Positions 60,025 to 64,000 of a stretch of DNA of 64,000 nt are shown piece by piece. The stretch is from Acidimicrobiia bacterium (lineage in GTDB: Bacteria; Actinomycetota; Acidimicrobiia; Acidimicrobiales; JANYDT01): positions 4,091 through 68,090 of the forward strand of contig JANOJN010000219.1 in NCBI GenBank assembly GCA_031418775.1, written 5' to 3'. Position 1 is the stretch's first letter; every line of letters starts with the position of its first letter. The position numbers and the translations under genes are program-made. The notes beneath the pieces are model-generated. The model searched no databases. It was not told the DNA's origin and was given only the letters and a program-made list of their open reading frames with translations.

Positions 60025-60231
60025 TCAGGACGACGAGACGCTGTTCATGGCGTTGCCGGACCGGTTGAACGTGGTCTTGACGCTCTTGGAGAGGAACGAG
60101 ACAGCGCCGATGATGGCGACGGCGATGAGTCCGACCATGAGGCCGTACTCGACTGCGGTGGCACCACGTTCTTCGACCTCGGCCCTGTGGCGGGCGACCG
60201 CGATTTGGATCTTCACGGCGAGCTTGAGCAT
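60025..60231 (-). CDS. flp: Flp/Fap-family pilin
   Basis: 68 aa with ERG/ATAVEYGLMVGLIAVAIIGAVSFLSKSVKTTFNRSGNAMNSVSSS. Confidence 0.9.
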   Translation of the reverse strand: MLKLAVKIQIAVARHRAEVEERGATAVEYGLMVGLIAVAIIGAVSFLSKSVKTTFNRSGNAMNSVSSS

Positions 60232-60338
60232 CAGGGAGGGCTTTCTGGGGGAAGGAACGGCGGGAAGGGGCAGGGTGGTCTGGCAGAAGGCAGTTCAGGC
60301 GGAAGGCGGTGGTGCAGAACGGCCAATGCGGTGTTGCA

Positions 60339-60376
60339 CAACGGGCGGCAAGGACCGAGGTCCTTGCCGCCCGTTG
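60339..60376 (-). terminator. Strong hairpin (18-bp perfect arms) between the first and second flp genes
   Basis: CAACGGGCGGCAAGGACC-GA-GGTCCTTGCCGCCCGTTG, starting 19 nt after the stop of the promoter-proximal pilin gene. Confidence 0.55.
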
Positions 60377-60394
60377 CCGGTCAGATGATGCGGA

Positions 60395-60601
60395 TCAGGA
60401 TGACGAGACGTTGTTCATTTCGTTGCCGGCCCGGTTGAACGTGGTCTTCACGCTCTTGGACAGGAACGAGACAGCGCCGATGATGGCGACGGCGATGAGT
60501 CCGACCATGAGGCCGTACTCAACTGCAGTGGCGCCACGCTCCTCGATCTCAGCCTTGCGGCTGGCGACCCAGGACTGGATGGAGACGAAAAGTTCGAGCA
60601 T
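60395..60601 (-). CDS. flp: Flp/Fap-family pilin (promoter-proximal copy)
   Basis: 68 aa. The mature part is nearly identical to the 60025-60231 copy (ATAVEYGLMVGLIAVAIIGAVSFLSKSVKTTFNRAGNEMNNVSSS). The start was trimmed to MLELF (60601). Confidence 0.9.
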   Translation of the reverse strand: MLELFVSIQSWVASRKAEIEERGATAVEYGLMVGLIAVAIIGAVSFLSKSVKTTFNRAGNEMNNVSSS

Positions 60602-60697
60602 GTTTGGGATTCCTTCGGAAGGGGTGGAGTGATTGGTTCTCGGAACGTGGCTCGTCGAGAACCACGCACTCACCATCGGGCAACCACCAGACCGGTC

Positions 60698-60717
60698 GAT
60701 CATCAAAGTTGATGATC
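60698..60717. promoter_or_regulatory. Perfect 20-bp palindrome GATCATCAAAGTTGATGATC upstream of the flp operon (candidate operator)
   Basis: A 9-bp perfect inverted repeat with a 2-bp centre. It is AT-richer than its surroundings and lies 97-116 nt upstream of the first flp start and 116 nt downstream of the LuxR-type gene stop. Confidence 0.4.
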
Positions 60718-60832
60718 TGTGGTCTTCCGCTGGGCGCATTGATCCTGGAGACCTACGGTAAATGGGTTGCCGTAGTCCGTTCGCACCGACTGGTCCGGAG
60801 CTTCGTCGAAGCCGGTAGCTCGGGACGCTCGC

Positions 60833-61489
60833 CTACGGAGCGAGGTCGGCCTGGAGCCATCCCGTGCGGTATGCCAGCGACACCGCGCCGACCACCGAAC
60901 CGACGTCGAGTTTCGCGAGAATCCCCCGAATCTGGGTTCGGACCGTATTGAGCGAAACGTAACTCGTCCGTGCCACATCTTCTGGCGACGTCCCGAGCGC
61001 CAGGTGACGGAGAACGTCACGCTCGCGTTTGGTGAGTGACTCGAACGCGGCGAATCTCTCCTGGTTCTTTGCCCGAGTTGCTCGCAGTTCGCTGAGGAGC
61101 GACTCGCGCACGCTGACGCCGAGCACGGTGTGGCCGAGGGCCAGCTGCCGGGCTGTTTCGACGAGCTGCCCGATCGTTGCGCCGTCGTCGACGAACGCTC
61201 CAGCCCCGCGTTCGACCCATGTCGCCATCACGGTCCGATCGCGATGTACACCTACTACCAGCACGGCGATCGCCAGCCGACCGGCCAGGCGTAGGGCGGG
61301 TTCCAGGGCTTCGTCCTGGCAGTCGAGCGAACCATCGACGAGGACCAGTCGGGCCTCGCCGGACATCGCCGCACGTAGGTCCGCTTCGGGGCGGTCGGGG
61401 TCGATCCGGCCGACCAGGGGAAGCACGGTGCCGACGAAGGCGGCGAACAGTGTGCGGTCGGTGACAACGACGGTGTTCGGTCCCGGCAT
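60833..61489 (-). CDS. LuxR/FixJ-type regulator with atypical receiver-like N-terminal domain
   Basis: C-terminal HTH LTKRERDVLRHLALGTSPEDVARTSYVSLNTVRTQIRGILAKL. The N-terminus keeps LVLVDGS but lacks a clear acidic pocket or Lys. The start is uncertain (ATG 61489, or a GTG near 61576). Confidence 0.75.
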   Translation of the reverse strand: MPGPNTVVVTDRTLFAAFVGTVLPLVGRIDPDRPEADLRAAMSGEARLVLVDGSLDCQDEALEPALRLAGRLAIAVLVVGVHRDRTVMATWVERGAGAFVDDGATIGQLVETARQLALGHTVLGVSVRESLLSELRATRAKNQERFAAFESLTKRERDVLRHLALGTSPEDVARTSYVSLNTVRTQIRGILAKLDVGSVVGAVSLAYRTGWLQADLAP

Positions 61490-61610
61490 CGACGATTCCG
61501 AGCGGTCCTGGGGGTCGGCGTTGCGTTCCGTTACGAGCACGGTTTCCTCATCGACATTGATGAGAAGAACCTGAACCTCGAACTTTCGGGCAGCTGTTCT
61601 TGGGTGTCGG

Positions 61611-62036
61611 TCAGTCGGCGGTGATGGCCTTGATACGCGCTGCGACGGCCTCTGCCGCGGCACGGGCCTCCGGATCCGGCGTGCCCACCTGGGCCTGAAG
61701 GGCGAGCAGCTTCCCGAGATCGCCCTGCACGCGTATGCGGCCGCCCATGAATGCCGACATCGCTGCGGCCGGGTCCTGGTCCACGAGCAGCGCCCGAACC
61801 GTCACGTAATCCGCACTCACCGTGACCTCGGGGTTTTCTAGGTGTCCCTCGTCGAGATCGAGCTTCCCGGAGCTGGAATCGACGTGGGCGTGCATCGTCG
61901 CCTCGCCGAACGGGACATCGGTGACGATGAGGTTCATCAGCAATGGCGGCGCCGCCGGAGCGTTCGCGCTGAACTCTTCTCTGATCTTTCGGGCTTCGCC
62001 GATCCATCGATCGGACAGGAACGGAAAACGGGCCAC
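61611..62036 (-). CDS. SCP2 sterol-binding-domain protein
   Basis: 141 aa. ...AFMGGRIRVQGDLGKLLALQ is the typical SCP2 C-terminal motif. Confidence 0.75.
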   Translation of the reverse strand: MARFPFLSDRWIGEARKIREEFSANAPAAPPLLMNLIVTDVPFGEATMHAHVDSSSGKLDLDEGHLENPEVTVSADYVTVRALLVDQDPAAAMSAFMGGRIRVQGDLGKLLALQAQVGTPDPEARAAAEAVAARIKAITAD

Positions 62037-62099
62037 GAGCTTCGAGGTTAGGCCCGTTCGCGCCGAATCAGTTGGCGCCCGGCGCTACGATCCGCAGCC

Positions 62100-62864
62100 G
62101 TGACGAACGAACCGACCGCGATGTTCAGCAAAGAGCCATGGTCCTGCACCGGCACGAACGGATGTGGCGTCTTAGTGCTGCACGGTTTCACCGGGAACCC
62201 CAGCTCGATGCGAGGGTTGGCCGAGGTCTTCGGCAACGCCGGCTTCTCGGTCGAGTTGCCTCTCCTTCCCGGACACGGCTCCACGACCGAGGATCTGATC
62301 CCGACCCGGTGGTCCGACTGGCTGGGCGCGGCGTTGGCCTCCTACGACGACCTCGCGGCGCGGGTCGAGAAGGTGGTCGTTGCCGGCCTGTCGATGGGCG
62401 GAACGCTCACCGCGGCGATCGGTCTCGATCGTCCCGCGACGGCCGGCCTGATCCTGATCAACGCGGCTGTCGAGCCGATGCCGTCGGAGGTGCGCGACAT
62501 CCTCCGGCAGATGGCCGAGACCTCCGAGACGATGGACGCGATCGGCGACGACATCGCCAAGCCGGGCGTCACCGAAGGCGGCAACGATGCCACGCCCCTC
62601 CAGGCGCTTCTGTCGATGGTCGACGCGGGTGACATGTTGACGCCTCGACTCGGCGAGTTGGCCATGCCCTGCCTGCTGCTCACCTCCCCCCAGGATCACA
62701 CGGTGGCGCCGTCGGCGTCGGACTACTTCGCCGCGCACGTCACGACCAGTGTCGAACGGGTGAGCCTCGAGCAGAGCTTCCACGTTGCCACCCTCGACTA
62801 CGACGCTCCACTCGTCGAGGAGTCTTCGCTCGCCTTCGCCAAGCGGGTCTGCGGTCTGAGCTGA
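62100..62864 (+). CDS. Alpha/beta hydrolase (carboxylesterase/monoacylglycerol-lipase-like)
   Basis: LHGFTG oxyanion motif, GLSMGG nucleophile elbow, and a D..H pair in the C-terminal part. Confidence 0.8.
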   Translation: MTNEPTAMFSKEPWSCTGTNGCGVLVLHGFTGNPSSMRGLAEVFGNAGFSVELPLLPGHGSTTEDLIPTRWSDWLGAALASYDDLAARVEKVVVAGLSMGGTLTAAIGLDRPATAGLILINAAVEPMPSEVRDILRQMAETSETMDAIGDDIAKPGVTEGGNDATPLQALLSMVDAGDMLTPRLGELAMPCLLLTSPQDHTVAPSASDYFAAHVTTSVERVSLEQSFHVATLDYDAPLVEESSLAFAKRVCGLS

Positions 62865-62937
62865 CCTTTCCCAAGCGCGGGTGCCCTCCCGTCATTCGGG
62901 GGACGGGCCGTCCGGCGGGCCCGTAGATTGGTCGGCT

Positions 62938-63249
62938 ATGTCTGAACCTGCTGCCCGCGGATTGACGCGCAACGACGTCGTACACGTCGCCAAGCTCGCC
63001 CGCCTGGCCCTCACCGACGCCGAGATCGACCTTTACACGGCGGACCTCGCCGGCATTCTCGGCCATGCCGAGGACGTGGCGTCGCTCGACACCGCCGGAA
63101 CCCCGCCGACCGCGCACCCGCTTCCGCTCGTCAACGTCTTCCGGCCCGACGTGGTCAGACCCTCGCTCGACCGCGATGAGGTGTTGGCCTGCGCCCCTTC
63201 GGCGGATCACTACCAGTTCCGGGTGCCGAGCATTCTCGGGAACGCGTGA
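62938..63249 (+). CDS. gatC: Asp/Glu-tRNA amidotransferase subunit C
   Basis: [18 protein letters not shown]...[13 protein letters not shown]...HPL...FRPD is the GatC consensus. ATG at 62938. Confidence 0.92.
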   Translation: MSEPAARGLTRNDVVHVAKLARLALTDAEIDLYTADLAGILGHAEDVASLDTAGTPPTAHPLPLVNVFRPDVVRPSLDRDEVLACAPSADHYQFRVPSILGNA

Positions 63250-64000
63250 TGGGGGCCTCACGTGCGGTCGACGTCCGCTCGGGATCGTCGGACAGTGCCG
63301 CCTCGATTGCTGATGATGTCCGGTCCGGTCGGCGCACGGCGAGAGCGATCCTGGATATCCACCGCGGACGGATCGACGCTGCGGAAGCCGAAGTCCACGC
63401 GTTCAATCTGGTGCTGCAAGGGGAGGCCGACGAAGCGGCGGCCCGCGTCGACGAGGCGGTCGCCGCCGGTCGGGATCCGGGTCCGCTCGCCGGCGTGCCG
63501 GTTGCGTTGAAGGACAACATGTGCACACGTGGTCTGGCGACCACGTGCTCTTCGAGGATCCTCGAGGGCTGGCGGCCGCCGTACGACGCGACGGTGGTGA
63601 CCCGCCTGGCGGCCGCCGGGGCGGTAATCGTCGGTAAGGCGAACCTCGACGAGTTCGCCATGGGTTCCTCCACGGAGAACTCGGCGTTCGGGCCGACCCG
63701 CAATCCGCACGATCTCGACCGTGTACCCGGGGGTTCCTCGGGTGGCTCGGCAGCTGCTGTGGCCGCCGGGTTCGCCGCGGTGTCGCTGGGGTCGGACACC
63801 GGCGGGTCGATCCGTCAGCCGGCGTCACTGTGCGGCCTGGTCGGTGTGAAACCGACCTACGGCGCGGTGAGCCGTTACGGGCTGATCGCGTTCGCGTCGT
63901 CACTCGACCAGATCGGTCCGTTCGCCCACACCGTCGAGGATGCCGCGCTCGTCCTCGAGGTGATCGCCGGGCACGATCCCATGGACTCCACGTCGATCGA
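63249..64000 (+). CDS. gatA: Asp/Glu-tRNA amidotransferase subunit A (3' partial, runs off window); not in the ORF track
   Basis: Manual translation from ATG 63249 (an ATGA overlap with gatC): ...[40 protein letters not shown]...[25 protein letters not shown]...[12 protein letters not shown]...[14 protein letters not shown] is the amidase signature. Confidence 0.93.
   Translation, partial: MGASRAVDVRSGSSDSAASIADDVRSGRRTARAILDIHRGRIDAAEAEVHAFNLVLQGEADEAAARVDEAVAAGRDPGPLAGVPVALKDNMCTRGLATTCSSRILEGWRPPYDATVVTRLAAAGAVIVGKANLDEFAMGSSTENSAFGPTRNPHDLDRVPGGSSGGSAAAVAAGFAAVSLGSDTGGSIRQPASLCGLVGVKPTYGAVSRYGLIAFASSLDQIGPFAHTVEDAALVLEVIAGHDPMDSTSI

Overview
High-GC Actinomycetota-type chromosomal segment with about 58 protein genes and short or overlapping (ATGA/GTGA) junctions. 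I saw no rRNA, tRNA, CRISPR array, transposase, integrase or phage gene. All calls come from reading the ORF translations and the DNA by eye; no searches were run.

Gene content, left to right:
- rhodanese (5' partial) and a 1041-aa SARP/AfsR-type regulator
- a NarL/HisKA_3 two-component pair in which both genes carry a +1 frameshift
- a GntR-controlled putative aromatic-catabolism cluster (FAH hydrolase, VOC dioxygenase, SDR, FAD monooxygenase)
- a deazaflavin-type nitroreductase, a HAD dehalogenase, a thiolase and a DUF2079 membrane protein
- Cys-less L31B and L33 ribosomal proteins (the L33 gene is absent from the ORF track)
- an FAD oxidoreductase, a beta-carbonic anhydrase and HtpX
- a MarR / photolyase-like / HTH trio
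- an ATP-dependent DNA ligase, an acyl-CoA mutase large subunit, an S9 peptidase, a J-domain protein, an MFS transporter and MeaB
- an enoyl-CoA hydratase and the glycogen genes glgP, glgB and glgX
- a patatin, an MFS transporter, an AlkD-like gene remnant and galT
- iscS, mnmA and ligA
- an acyl-CoA dehydrogenase and a PASTA Ser/Thr kinase
- a complete-looking Tad/Flp pilus locus (tadC, vWA-tadB fusion, tadA, tadZ, cpaB, three flp pilins, a LuxR-type regulator)
- an SCP2 protein, an esterase, gatC and gatA (3' partial)

Most noteworthy observations:
1. The photolyase/cryptochrome-family protein looks circularly permuted and has a four-Cys pattern.
2. The Tad locus has a vWA-TadB fusion and attenuator-like hairpins around triplicated pilin genes. 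It sits inside the otherwise conserved ligA-gatCAB neighbourhood.
3. A two-hairpin intergenic element occurs twice, 21 kb apart, in opposite module order.
4. A roughly 50-bp tandem duplication at the iscS start creates a 15-codon upstream ORF that mimics the iscS N-terminus.
5. The two-component operon has a frameshift in each gene.
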